A DNA stretch of 42,978 nt, taken from the NCBI GenBank assembly GCA_046570105.1, contig JBKHVI010000019.1, forward strand, positions 1 through 42,978. Reading direction: 5' to 3'. Both the position numbers and the translations under genes were made by a program. The number at the start of each line of letters is the position of its first letter. Positions within the stretch are counted from its first letter, which is position 1. This document shows, in pieces, positions 18,243 to 27,302 of the stretch. The stretch is from Bacteriovoracia bacterium. Its GTDB lineage: Bacteria > Bdellovibrionota > Bacteriovoracia > Bacteriovoracales > Bacteriovoracaceae. A model generated the notes under the pieces. The model was not told where the DNA came from, searched no databases, and was given only the letters and a program-made list of their open reading frames with translations.

Positions 18243-19379
18243 ATGCGTTATCTTTCATCTAGTATAATCAGAGACTTACAAAAAAAGATGGTTCTCATCT
18301 CGGGGCCCAGGCAAGCGGGCAAAACCACTATGGTTAAAGAATTAACCAAAGATCTTGGTCTCTACTTAAATTGGGATAATAGCGATGATCGCAAGAAGAT
18401 CATGAGCAAAGACTGGGATCAAGATAGAAAAATCATTATCTTTGATGAGATTCATAAATTTTCGCGATGGAAAAACTTGGTCAAAGGTATCTACGACACA
18501 CAAAAAGAACGTCATCAATTTATAGTAACTGGGAGTGCTCGCCTCGATATTTTTAAGAAAGGCCAAGACTCGATGTTAGGTCGTTTTTTTTCATGGCGCT
18601 TGCATCCGCTCTGCTTATCAGAAATTAAGCAGAGCTTTAAGCGCGATGATCCTCAGAACATGGAAAAAATGCTAACTCTAGGCGGTTTTCCTGAACCATT
18701 TTTAACAGGGGATCTTCAATTCGCAAAACGTTGGAGAAATGAGAAGCTCAATCTTGTATTTCGCCAAGATATCCAAGAGCTAGAAAGCATCCGAGATATA
18801 GCTTTATTAGAATTTTTCTATCAGGCAGTCACACAAAGAGTTGGTTCAGAAGTAGCTCTTTCAAACATTGCGCGCGATTTAGAAATTGCTCCTAAAACCG
18901 CTAAAGCTTGGCTGAATATATTGGAGAAGACATACGCACTTTTCATCATTACCCCTTATTCAAAAAATTTAAATAAAGCGATAACAAAAAAGCCCAAGAT
19001 CTATTTTTACGATAACGGTGAGGTAGAGGGTGATGAGGGCGCCCGTTTTGAAAATTTAGTCGCGAATCATCTTCTTAAAAGAATTCATTATTTAGAAGAC
19101 TCAACCGGCGATCGATATGAACTCAATTATTTACGCGATAAAAATGGGCATGAGATAGATTTCCTCATTCAAAAAAATAGAAAACCGATTGCTATCATTG
19201 AAGCGAAGCTCACAGAGTCGAGCAGAAGTAAGTCATTCTACTATTATAAAGATAAATTAAAGATTAAAACTTGCATTCAGCTTGTTAGGAATTTAGATAA
19301 GAGCTCTATGAGAGATGATATTCTGGTCGCGCCAGCTTATGAGTGGCTCTCTAAACCTCTATCGGAAGAGATATTCTAA
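18243..19379 (+). CDS. AAA_14-type ATPase with C-terminal DUF4143 (PD-(D/E)XK-like) domain
   Basis: Walker A GPRQAGKTT, Walker B IIIFDEIH, VTGSA, SMLGR, GGFPE, KIYFYDNG, FENLV, EIDFL...IEAK. Confidence 0.92.
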   Translation: MRYLSSSIIRDLQKKMVLISGPRQAGKTTMVKELTKDLGLYLNWDNSDDRKKIMSKDWDQDRKIIIFDEIHKFSRWKNLVKGIYDTQKERHQFIVTGSARLDIFKKGQDSMLGRFFSWRLHPLCLSEIKQSFKRDDPQNMEKMLTLGGFPEPFLTGDLQFAKRWRNEKLNLVFRQDIQELESIRDIALLEFFYQAVTQRVGSEVALSNIARDLEIAPKTAKAWLNILEKTYALFIITPYSKNLNKAITKKPKIYFYDNGEVEGDEGARFENLVANHLLKRIHYLEDSTGDRYELNYLRDKNGHEIDFLIQKNRKPIAIIEAKLTESSRSKSFYYYKDKLKIKTCIQLVRNLDKSSMRDDILVAPAYEWLSKPLSEEIF

Positions 19380-19387
19380 TAGCAACA

Positions 19388-20050
19388 TTACCAGGGCAGC
19401 TTCTCGCCATTGGTGTGCCAGAACCCACCGCTCGTCTCAAGCGATAACTTATCCATAATTTTGATGAGACCTTGCGCTGAAAGATCAGGCGTGATCTCAC
19501 CTTGCTGTTGAGTCATCTTTGTTTTGACGTAGCCAGGATGCAAGAGAGCGACACTAATATCTCGTGGCTTTAAATCTACCGAGAGTGTTTTACCGAGCAT
19601 ATTCACCGCGGCTTTCGACATGCGGTAGCCGTAGTAGCCGCCCGATGTATTGTCGGCGACTGAACCCATGCGACTGGTGGTGATGCCAATCTTCGCGCCG
19701 TTTTTAAGTTGAGGGAGAAGCGCTTCGGTCACACGCAAGGGAGCGATCGTGTTGACTTCAAACTGGCGACGAACTTGGCCGAGACTCATTTTCTCGAGCG
19801 TTTCTAATTCAAAAATACCGGCATTATTTAACAGCCAATCTATCTGCACATCTTTAAACCATTTTTTCAAGAGATGCTCGAGATGATCGTCGGTCAATTC
19901 AATGCCATCAATAATCTGCGCACCCACCGCACGCAACTCAGGCGAAGGCTTACGACAGACGGCATAGACTTTCTCACCGCGCTCATGCAGCTGACGTGTG
20001 AGTTCTAGGCCGATGCCACTAGCAGAACCAGTGATGACGATAGTTTTCAT
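19388..20050 (-). CDS. Short-chain dehydrogenase/reductase (CsgA-like)
   Basis: TGSASGIG, NNAG, YRMSKAA and LHPGYVKT motifs. Confidence 0.92.
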   Translation of the reverse strand: MKTIVITGSASGIGLELTRQLHERGEKVYAVCRKPSPELRAVGAQIIDGIELTDDHLEHLLKKWFKDVQIDWLLNNAGIFELETLEKMSLGQVRRQFEVNTIAPLRVTEALLPQLKNGAKIGITTSRMGSVADNTSGGYYGYRMSKAAVNMLGKTLSVDLKPRDISVALLHPGYVKTKMTQQQGEITPDLSAQGLIKIMDKLSLETSGGFWHTNGEKLPW

Positions 20051-20520
20051 GACTCTCTTCCTTCCCAAATCAGGGGCATTATTTCCTTCATAAGGTCTTC
20101 TAAAAACTGCGCTTCATCAAGTGTGAAACGATTTGGTGTGGGGGAATCGAGATCGAGGACGCCGACACACTGGCCTTGCCACATAAGGGGAACAACGACT
20201 TCGGAGCGAGAGGCGGCATCGCAGGCGATGTGGCCGGGAAAAGCGTGGACGTCGGCGACGCATTGGGTTTTTTGAGTGGTGTAAGCGGCTCCACAAACGC
20301 CACGATTTGCTTTGATACGTAAGCACGCTGGTTTGCCCTGAAAAGGACCCAGCACTAATTCTTGGTGTTTATTATCCCACATATAGAAGCCGGCCCAGTT
20401 TAAGTCTGGGAGAGTGTGATAAATAACCGCCGCGATATTGGCTAAGTTAGCGATAAGATTTTTCTCGCCTTGGATTAGTCCGAGGGTGCTGCGCCGCAAA
20501 TCTGGATCGGGAAGCCACAT
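20047..20520 (-). CDS. msrC: GAF-domain free methionine-R-sulfoxide reductase
   Basis: NWAGFY, LGPFQGKPAC, GVCG, HIACDAASRSE and LDLDSP motifs. Confidence 0.88.
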   Translation of the reverse strand: MWLPDPDLRRSTLGLIQGEKNLIANLANIAAVIYHTLPDLNWAGFYMWDNKHQELVLGPFQGKPACLRIKANRGVCGAAYTTQKTQCVADVHAFPGHIACDAASRSEVVVPLMWQGQCVGVLDLDSPTPNRFTLDEAQFLEDLMKEIMPLIWEGRES

Positions 20521-20564
20521 AGCTCAACCTTGTCAAAAAGTGATTCTCGCTAGAGAGTGTTAGC

Positions 20565-20972
20565 ATGAATAAAGAAGCCTTTCCACCCGCAGACCACAGT
20601 ATTATCGCCGGCTACCTTTTTTGGGTTTTCGGTTTCACCGGTGCGCACCGTTTTTACTTCGGTAAAAAATGGACTGGGCTTTTATGGTTCTGCACTTTCG
20701 GAATGTTCGGTATTGGTTGGCTGGTAGATGCCTTCTTAATTCCTGGCATGGATGAAGACGCCGATATTAAGTACGTGGCCGGTCGCTATAACTACAACAT
20801 CGCTTGGGTGTTGCTGACGTTTTTTGGTTTCTTAGGTCTTCACCGTTTTTATATGGGTCGCATCTGGACGGGGATTTTGTGGTTACTGACCGGTGGTCTT
20901 TTGACTTGCGGATGGGCCTGGGATCTTTGGCACCTAAATGAGATGGTGTCGGAAGAAAATCGCCAAAGCTAA
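20565..20972 (+). CDS. TM2-domain membrane protein (two TM2 repeats)
   Basis: FGFTGAHRFYFGK and FGFLGLHRFYMGR. Confidence 0.9.
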   Translation: MNKEAFPPADHSIIAGYLFWVFGFTGAHRFYFGKKWTGLLWFCTFGMFGIGWLVDAFLIPGMDEDADIKYVAGRYNYNIAWVLLTFFGFLGLHRFYMGRIWTGILWLLTGGLLTCGWAWDLWHLNEMVSEENRQS

Positions 20973-21599
20973 TTAGCCTTTGATTTCATTTTTTAATTGA
21001 TCCAAAAAGTGGCGCATGAATTCTGTGCGACGCTGACCCTCAACTTTCGCTGCTTTAGTTTGCAGTGAATCAGCTATTTTAAGAAGTTTTACAAAGTAGT
21101 GATCCACCATGAACGTTTTGTCGTTAAGCTCACGCTTTTCGGCAAAGGGATCAGCCGGATCATAGAAGTGACTCTTCATCTGAACATTCACAGCAGTACA
21201 GCGAAGTACTCCGATGGCGCCAATTGCGTCGAGGCGATCGGCATCTTGTACACAGGCCGATTCAATCGATGAGGGCTTGAGTCCCTTTGACCAGGAATGC
21301 TCTACGATCGCCTGATGAATTTTTTCAAATTTTGTTTCGTCGTAAAGAACTTCACTTAAAAGTTTGATGGCCTTATCGGCAGCAAGGGTTGAGGCACGTG
21401 TGCGTTCTGGATGATCTTTGGGAACGTTTACAATATCGTGGAGAAAGGCGGCTGGTAAAACTACTGACAGATCTGCATTTTCACTCTTGGCCAAAGCTTC
21501 AGCTGTTTTTGTGACTCGTAAAATATGTGCCCAATCATGGCCCGGATCTTGGGCTTCGTAATAAGGCTTAATTTTGTCGATGAGTGCTTGGGGTATCAT
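20973..21599 (-). CDS. HD-domain phosphohydrolase (YedJ-like)
   Basis: GHDWAHILRV, LHD, QDADRLDAIGAIG and DHYFVKLL motifs; probable ATG at 21599 overlaps the upstream stop. Confidence 0.9.
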   Translation of the reverse strand: MIPQALIDKIKPYYEAQDPGHDWAHILRVTKTAEALAKSENADLSVVLPAAFLHDIVNVPKDHPERTRASTLAADKAIKLLSEVLYDETKFEKIHQAIVEHSWSKGLKPSSIESACVQDADRLDAIGAIGVLRCTAVNVQMKSHFYDPADPFAEKRELNDKTFMVDHYFVKLLKIADSLQTKAAKVEGQRRTEFMRHFLDQLKNEIKG

Positions 21600-22099
21600 C
21601 AGTGCTCCGCTAATTTTCCTCTGAGAGTTCTTACCGCCCAACCGAGTACAGGGACATGTTCATAAACCATAGCACCGACATCGAAGTAGTCGCGATGATA
21701 AACCACTTTATCTTCAGGACCACCAAACTTCATAATCGACATACCATCAACCATAATCGGCTCGCCATTATTGAGCTTGTCGACAGCGTAGGTCATCTTC
21801 CAGATGAGTGCGACTTTGTTACCTTCAGTGAGAATCTCTTGATATTCAAACTTTATTGATTTGAGGTCTTGATACATTTTCTTGTAGTAGGCGCGCATGT
21901 TTTCACGGCCCTTAAGGCTTCCGATCGGATCATGGAACTCGAGGTCTTTGTCATAGAATTCATCAACGACTTGAAGGTTATTGGCATCTAAGCGCGTCCA
22001 GGCGTCTTTCACTCGATCAGCGTAAGTCATGGCTTTGTCCTGGTTGGCGTGTACGAAAGTTGATGTCAGTAAGAAAACAAATGTTAGAATAAGACGCAT
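21599..22099 (-). CDS. NTF2/SnoaL-like protein with signal peptide
   Basis: FYDKDLEFHDPI, WKM, DGMS and YHRDYFD motifs; N-terminal MRLILTFVFLLTSTFVHA. Confidence 0.85.
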   Translation of the reverse strand: MRLILTFVFLLTSTFVHANQDKAMTYADRVKDAWTRLDANNLQVVDEFYDKDLEFHDPIGSLKGRENMRAYYKKMYQDLKSIKFEYQEILTEGNKVALIWKMTYAVDKLNNGEPIMVDGMSIMKFGGPEDKVVYHRDYFDVGAMVYEHVPVLGWAVRTLRGKLAEH

Positions 22100-22124
22100 A
22101 ATCTATCTCCGGGAGCTCGTGGCC

Positions 22125-22886
22125 ATGGCCCTTGCAGTTATTTCAATTCTTCTCTTAATTCATTTTTTCTTCTGGCTTGCTTGGAAGCAAGACAAGTTCT
22201 CTGTCATGGATATTGCTTGGGGACTCGGGTTTGTGCTCGTTGCCCTGGTATCATATATCCAAAACTATCCTAGCGGCCCGAAAGCAGTTTTGCTTCTGAT
22301 GATCACTTTGTGGGGGATGCGTCTGGCCTGGTATATTTTTACACGTAGCAAAGGGCATGGTGAAGATCCACGCTACATGGCCTATCGCGTTCAATGGGGA
22401 CAAAACTACTTGATGGAAGGTTATAAGAAAGTCTTTTTGGCGCAGGGTGCTGCGATGTTTGTTATCTCCCTTCCCATTCAGCTAGGGATGTCGAGCGATC
22501 TTGAGAGATTTGGTTATAAGCAGATTTTGGGGTTAGCGATTTGGGCAGCTGGCTTTGGACTTGAGACGTGGGCCGACAATCACCTGCGTAAGTTCAAACT
22601 TGATCCTGCTAATAAAGGTAAGCTGTGCACCTCAGGTCCTTGGGTTATTGTACGCTTTCCAAACTATCTGGGTGAAATGCTTGTTTGGTGGGGAGTCTAT
22701 CTTTATATTTTCAATTTCTGGTCGGCCTGGACCATCATCGGTCCTCTCACAATCTGTTATTCATTATTAAAGGTGACTGGGATTCCTCTGATTGAAAAAC
22801 GCTACATGGAAAAACCGGAGTACCGTGAATATGCTTCACGTGTTCCGCGTCTCATTCCATTTCTAGGAAAGAAGCTCCCACTCTAG
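22125..22886 (+). CDS. DUF1295 (steroid 5-alpha-reductase-like) membrane protein
   Basis: DIAWG, WGMRL, GEDPRY, ETWAD, RFPNYLGE...WWG, TGIPLIE and Y..Y..RVPRLIP motifs. Confidence 0.9.
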   Translation: MALAVISILLLIHFFFWLAWKQDKFSVMDIAWGLGFVLVALVSYIQNYPSGPKAVLLLMITLWGMRLAWYIFTRSKGHGEDPRYMAYRVQWGQNYLMEGYKKVFLAQGAAMFVISLPIQLGMSSDLERFGYKQILGLAIWAAGFGLETWADNHLRKFKLDPANKGKLCTSGPWVIVRFPNYLGEMLVWWGVYLYIFNFWSAWTIIGPLTICYSLLKVTGIPLIEKRYMEKPEYREYASRVPRLIPFLGKKLPL

Positions 22887-22895
22887 GTGGGAGCT
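22873..22895. terminator. 9-bp hairpin between convergent genes, possible terminator
   Basis: AGCTCCCAC-TCTAG-GTGGGAGCT; no U-tract on either side. Confidence 0.45.
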
Positions 22896-22901
22896 GATAC
22901 A

Positions 22902-24155
22902 TCACAAGACGTCTGATTGAATGGTCGAATTATTCGGACGAGTCAAAGTCATTTGTACCACGGAAATATTGCGCGTTTCAAAAGCAGCTTCACAGTATTG
23001 GAAGTAGTAGTGCCACTTGCGACGGAAGGTCTCGTCAAAGCCTAGTGTTTCAATTTTATTTTCTACGCGAGTGAAATTTTTGTCCCAGGCGCGCAAAGTC
23101 TTAGCGTAATGCGGCCCCATATCGCGAAACTTAACTAATTGCAGTTCACTGACTTCATTAATAACTTTTGTCATGTGGCCTACGCTCGGAAGAAGTGCTC
23201 CCGGGAAAATATGTTTCTGAATCCAGTCAACACCCTTGCGGTACTCCTCATAGCGAGAATCAGCACAAGTGATAACTTGAAAGCTCACTAATCCGTTAGG
23301 TCTTAAGCGATCATTTAAAACTTTAAAGAAGATTGGCAGAAAGGCGTGTCCAATAGCTTCCATCATTTCGATAGAGACGATTTTACTAAAGGTACCTTTG
23401 ATTATTCGATAGTCCTGCAAATGTAGTGTGATCTTGTCGGCCACACCTTCGCGCTCAAAAAGTGCTTTAGCGTATTTGTGTTGCTCTTCAGAGATGGTAA
23501 TGGTCGTGACTTTGCAACCGTATTCTTTGGCAGCATAACAAGCGAAACCGCCCCAACCTGTGCCAATTTCAAGAAGGTCATCTTCTGGTTTTAGTTCGAG
23601 GTTCTCAGCTAATGCTTTCCACTTGGCACGCTGAGCTTCTTCGAGAGTCATATCTTTTTGTGTCCAGTAAGCGCTGGAATAAGTCATGGTAGGATCGAGC
23701 CACAACGAATAGAAATCATTCGAGAGATCGTAGTGTTCTTGAATATTTTTTTTCGCACCAGTGAGGGTGTTAGCACGAAAGAGGTGAGCGGCCCTGTTAA
23801 CGGCTTTAAGCACATTCCCGCTTGCTTTCGCTTTACTGCCCGACATGCCGCCGAGTTCTTGCATATTATTGATAAGTGTTTTTAGAACACCCGCCAGATC
23901 AGTCGTTGTCCACCAACCATACATGAATGCTTCACCGAAGCCGATATCTCCATAAAGCAGGCAGTGAAGATAAAAACGTTCGTCATGAATAGTTACATTT
24001 ATGGGTTGAGTGAGTGGATCACCATAGCGCTTTTCTGAGCCATCACTGTGCTTCATCATGAGTGAACCGTGTTTGATTCGGCCCATGACCGATTCAACAA
24101 CCGAACGTGGTAGCGATGATTCTAAGATTGCTTTTTGAATTTTCGTGACTTCCAT
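22902..24155 (-). CDS. cfa: Cyclopropane-fatty-acyl-phospholipid synthase family methyltransferase (Cfa/UfaM-like)
   Basis: NIQEHYDLSNDFY, MTYSSA, LEIGTGWG, VSIEMMEA, WIQKHIFPG and YCEAAF motifs. Confidence 0.9.
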   Translation of the reverse strand: MEVTKIQKAILESSLPRSVVESVMGRIKHGSLMMKHSDGSEKRYGDPLTQPINVTIHDERFYLHCLLYGDIGFGEAFMYGWWTTTDLAGVLKTLINNMQELGGMSGSKAKASGNVLKAVNRAAHLFRANTLTGAKKNIQEHYDLSNDFYSLWLDPTMTYSSAYWTQKDMTLEEAQRAKWKALAENLELKPEDDLLEIGTGWGGFACYAAKEYGCKVTTITISEEQHKYAKALFEREGVADKITLHLQDYRIIKGTFSKIVSIEMMEAIGHAFLPIFFKVLNDRLRPNGLVSFQVITCADSRYEEYRKGVDWIQKHIFPGALLPSVGHMTKVINEVSELQLVKFRDMGPHYAKTLRAWDKNFTRVENKIETLGFDETFRRKWHYYFQYCEAAFETRNISVVQMTLTRPNNSTIQSDVL

Positions 24156-24904
24156 TGGAAGACTCCTTGTTGCAGGTCAAGTCGATCAGACTTTTTGAAA
24201 TAGGGGATACCTTTGAGCCAAAGCTTAAAAGCATGCCAATGTATAAGGGTAATAATTTGAAAACAGAGTAGAGGAAACTGAAAGGCGAGTTTGAAAATTA
24301 ATAATTGAGTTATTTCCTGGCGTTCTCCACGAAAGACTGCCGTCAGTTCAAGCTCACCCTGCGGTGAAATATCATTTATGAGAATTTTGATCTCATCAGA
24401 GGGCCAATTAAGTTTGAGTTGGAGAGTATTATCCAGACTCAAAAAAGGTGAAATGTAGAAGAGCTTAGGAATCTCACAAGAGAATTCGTCATTCTTAAAA
24501 GATCCTAGCAATGTTGGCTTTTGCTCCCAAAAAGTATTACCAATCTCAGATATAATCCAGCGTTGCTGCTTTCCTTGCAAATAATAGAAAGAGACTGGAT
24601 TAAAGACATAGCCCAAAGTGCGAAGGTTGGTGAGTAGACTTACTTGGATGATTTCCTCATTCAAACCCTGCGTGCGGGCCCATTTAATAATGTTGTCTTT
24701 GGCAGAGAACTCGCCCATGTGAATGTGGTCCAAATCTCGAAAGTTAAATAGCGAGAAACGGTTGTGAGCAAAACCCCACAATTTATCAAGTTGTGCTAGT
24801 TCATCTAGGTTGATGAGCCACCAAGGCACACGATTGGCAAAGCGATAGGGCTTGATCGCTTTCCTCACGTGGGTGACTGTTCCGAGATAAACACCACTTT
24901 TCAC
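24122..24904 (-). CDS. DUF1365 family protein
   Basis: GTVTHVR, GYVFNPVSFYY, EIGNTFWE, KLFYISPF and IHWHAFKLWLKG motifs; GTG start overlaps the upstream stop (GTGA). Confidence 0.9.
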   Translation of the reverse strand: MKSGVYLGTVTHVRKAIKPYRFANRVPWWLINLDELAQLDKLWGFAHNRFSLFNFRDLDHIHMGEFSAKDNIIKWARTQGLNEEIIQVSLLTNLRTLGYVFNPVSFYYLQGKQQRWIISEIGNTFWEQKPTLLGSFKNDEFSCEIPKLFYISPFLSLDNTLQLKLNWPSDEIKILINDISPQGELELTAVFRGERQEITQLLIFKLAFQFPLLCFQIITLIHWHAFKLWLKGIPYFKKSDRLDLQQGVFQWKSRKFKKQS

Positions 24905-26154
24905 AGAACCTCGCGTCCCAATAGGTTTTGGCACATTTGTACACTCGACATGAGTGCATCTTCATGAAACCCGTATCTAAACCAAGCTCCGCAAAATTGA
25001 ATAACACCGTCTTTTTGATTGAGTTCATGCAGTCGACGTTGCGCTTTTTCTGTTTCAACCCCAAACAAAGGATGATGGTAAGTAATTTTTTTGATTACTT
25101 TTTTCTCATCTATAAATTGAGTGCCATTAATATTGATAAAGTAGTCAATTTTTTTTGAAATCGGTTGTAAGTAATTCATGTAATAGACAGTGAAGCGTTC
25201 GCCATCGCGCTGAACTTGATTCCAAGAAGACCAATTACGCTTTATTTTAGGCATAATAGAGGAATCAGTATGAAGCCAGGCCTCGTTCTTTTGATAATGA
25301 AAGGGGGCGAGAAGCTCTTTCTCTAGCGGAGTAGGGCTTTGCAATATCTCTCTTGTCTCATCAGCATGAGAGGCAAGTACAACTTTATCAAATATATTTT
25401 CTGTACCGTCATTTAGCGTAACAACAGCTTTACCATTTGCTCTGTGAACTTTTGTGACCTTCGCGTTGGTTTTAATTCTGTCGCGAAATGTAGCAATAAG
25501 TTTTTGCTTGTAGGTTTCGGATCCTTTCTCGACAGTCTTCCATTGGTGTTGGGTATCAATTCCAGTTAGTCCGTGGTTTTGTAAAAAACGGATCATCGTT
25601 CGTGCCGGAAATCGTAGCATTTCATAATGAGGTGTTGACCAGACTGCGGCCGTCATCGGCAAGAGATAGTCATCGGTAAAACCATCTCCCAATCCTTCCC
25701 GCTTAATCAAATCACCCAAGGAGATTCCATCAAACTCAGGTTCTGAAAGATAGCGAGGTACGCCTTTGCCAAAGCGATAGATATCGATCAACATTTTCCA
25801 GAAACTTGGGCTGATTGCATTTTTCTTCTGGGTAAAAAGATCTCCGAAGGAGCCACCGTTGTATTCGAATGCTCGATTGTAGTCATAAACGCAAAATGAC
25901 ATGCTGGTATCATGGTAAGGCACGTCCAGTTTCTTAAAAAGCCGACACATGAGAGGATAAGTTTCCTCGTTGAAAACCATGAATCCGGTATCAATGGGGA
26001 TCTGGCGGTCTTCTTCAGAGACATAGACCGTGTTGGTGTGACCACCAACGTAATCATTCTTTTCAAAAACCGTGACCTCAAAGTCATCTTTTAAGAAATA
26101 AGCAGCCGACATACCGGCCATTCCTGTTCCGACGACTGCGAGAGTTGGTTTCAT
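24901..26154 (-). CDS. FAD-dependent oxidoreductase (amine-oxidase-like, cfa-associated)
   Basis: GTGMAG, GGHTNT, IDTGFMVFN..TYP, ASHAD, WSSWN and GAWFRYGFHEDA motifs. Confidence 0.9.
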   Translation of the reverse strand: MKPTLAVVGTGMAGMSAAYFLKDDFEVTVFEKNDYVGGHTNTVYVSEEDRQIPIDTGFMVFNEETYPLMCRLFKKLDVPYHDTSMSFCVYDYNRAFEYNGGSFGDLFTQKKNAISPSFWKMLIDIYRFGKGVPRYLSEPEFDGISLGDLIKREGLGDGFTDDYLLPMTAAVWSTPHYEMLRFPARTMIRFLQNHGLTGIDTQHQWKTVEKGSETYKQKLIATFRDRIKTNAKVTKVHRANGKAVVTLNDGTENIFDKVVLASHADETREILQSPTPLEKELLAPFHYQKNEAWLHTDSSIMPKIKRNWSSWNQVQRDGERFTVYYMNYLQPISKKIDYFININGTQFIDEKKVIKKITYHHPLFGVETEKAQRRLHELNQKDGVIQFCGAWFRYGFHEDALMSSVQMCQNLLGREVL

Positions 26155-27164
26155 CTTTTCTCCATCAGGTAATGCCCTACGAACCACTCATCACCATCGT
26201 TGTATTTAAACAGTTCGGCACATGACATGAAGAAAATTCTCCACCACTCGAGCCATTTTCTTCCTTGGCCTGCTCCATAATGTCGCTCGAACATTGGCAA
26301 TAGGGTTGAGGCGTGTTTGTCAGTTTCTCTGAGCCAGGCTTCGGAAGTTTCAGCATAATTATTTCCATTCACTTTCCATTGCTCTACGACACGGAAGTGT
26401 TTATTGAATTTTTTAAACTGATCAAAGCTGGGCATGATTCCACCCGAGAAGAAATAGCGCGACATCCAGTCACTGGCATCCTTGACTTCAAATAAGTAGG
26501 GCGTCGTTTTATGAACGAAGATATGGACAAAAAGTTTGCCCTGGGGTTTGAGCCAGCGGTGTACTTTTTCGAGTAACTTTTCCCAATTTCTCATGTGCTC
26601 AAACATTTCCACTGAAACTACGCGATCATAAAGGCCGGGCGCCTCGAAGTCATTCATGTCCGCTGTGATGATAGTTAAGTTGGTGAGACCACGCTCTTGG
26701 GCCTGCTTAAGAATGTAATCGCGCTGGGTGCTGGAATTACTGACTCCTGTAATTTTAGAATTGGGAAACTTGGCCGCCATCCACAATGTCAGTGATCCCC
26801 AGCCACATCCCAATTCAAGAAGATCCATGCCATCAACAATTCCTGCTCGCTCACATGTCTTTGCTAGCATGCGTTTTTCAGAAGCGGGAAAATCATCACC
26901 CTTTTCCCAGAGTCCGCTGGAGTATTTAAGATGAGGGCCTAACACTTTGAGATAAAAATCAGTCGGAACTTCGTAGTGTTGATCGTTGGCATCACGGGTA
27001 TTTACCGCAATCGGTCCAGCTTTAAGTCGGTCGAAGAATTTTTCTTGGGCTTCTGAGTTTTCCAGCGGAGCAATTTCTTTCAACCGTTGAGCTAAAAGTC
27101 TTCGGATACCAAAGCGTATAATAAAGTCAGGAATAAGTTGTTTGGCCAAAAAAGCTTCAATCAT
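26151..27164 (-). CDS. SAM-dependent methyltransferase of the Cfa / coclaurine N-methyltransferase-like family
   Basis: ANDQHYEVP, LKYSS, LELGCGWGSL, SVEMFEHMRN, WMSRYFFSGG and FFMSCAELF motifs. Confidence 0.9.
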   Translation of the reverse strand: MIEAFLAKQLIPDFIIRFGIRRLLAQRLKEIAPLENSEAQEKFFDRLKAGPIAVNTRDANDQHYEVPTDFYLKVLGPHLKYSSGLWEKGDDFPASEKRMLAKTCERAGIVDGMDLLELGCGWGSLTLWMAAKFPNSKITGVSNSSTQRDYILKQAQERGLTNLTIITADMNDFEAPGLYDRVVSVEMFEHMRNWEKLLEKVHRWLKPQGKLFVHIFVHKTTPYLFEVKDASDWMSRYFFSGGIMPSFDQFKKFNKHFRVVEQWKVNGNNYAETSEAWLRETDKHASTLLPMFERHYGAGQGRKWLEWWRIFFMSCAELFKYNDGDEWFVGHYLMEKR

Positions 27165-27302
27165 GCTGCACCCCTCAGATTTCAGGGCCTATTCAACCAC
27201 GGCCTAGGTGTTCACATAAGTGAAGAGTGGGTCATGTCTTTCGCTTGTCAAAGATTCGTCTTAGATTAAACATAAAGACTTCATTTTACCGAGCAGGAAG
27301 AA

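Noticed and set aside
22029..22124. N-terminal extension of the DUF1295 ORF given by the ORF track (similar extensions at 5319, 11309, 26187, 35533, 39532, 42291)
   Set aside because: The extensions overlap neighbouring genes or promoters; downstream starts fit SD sites, coupling and family N-termini better.
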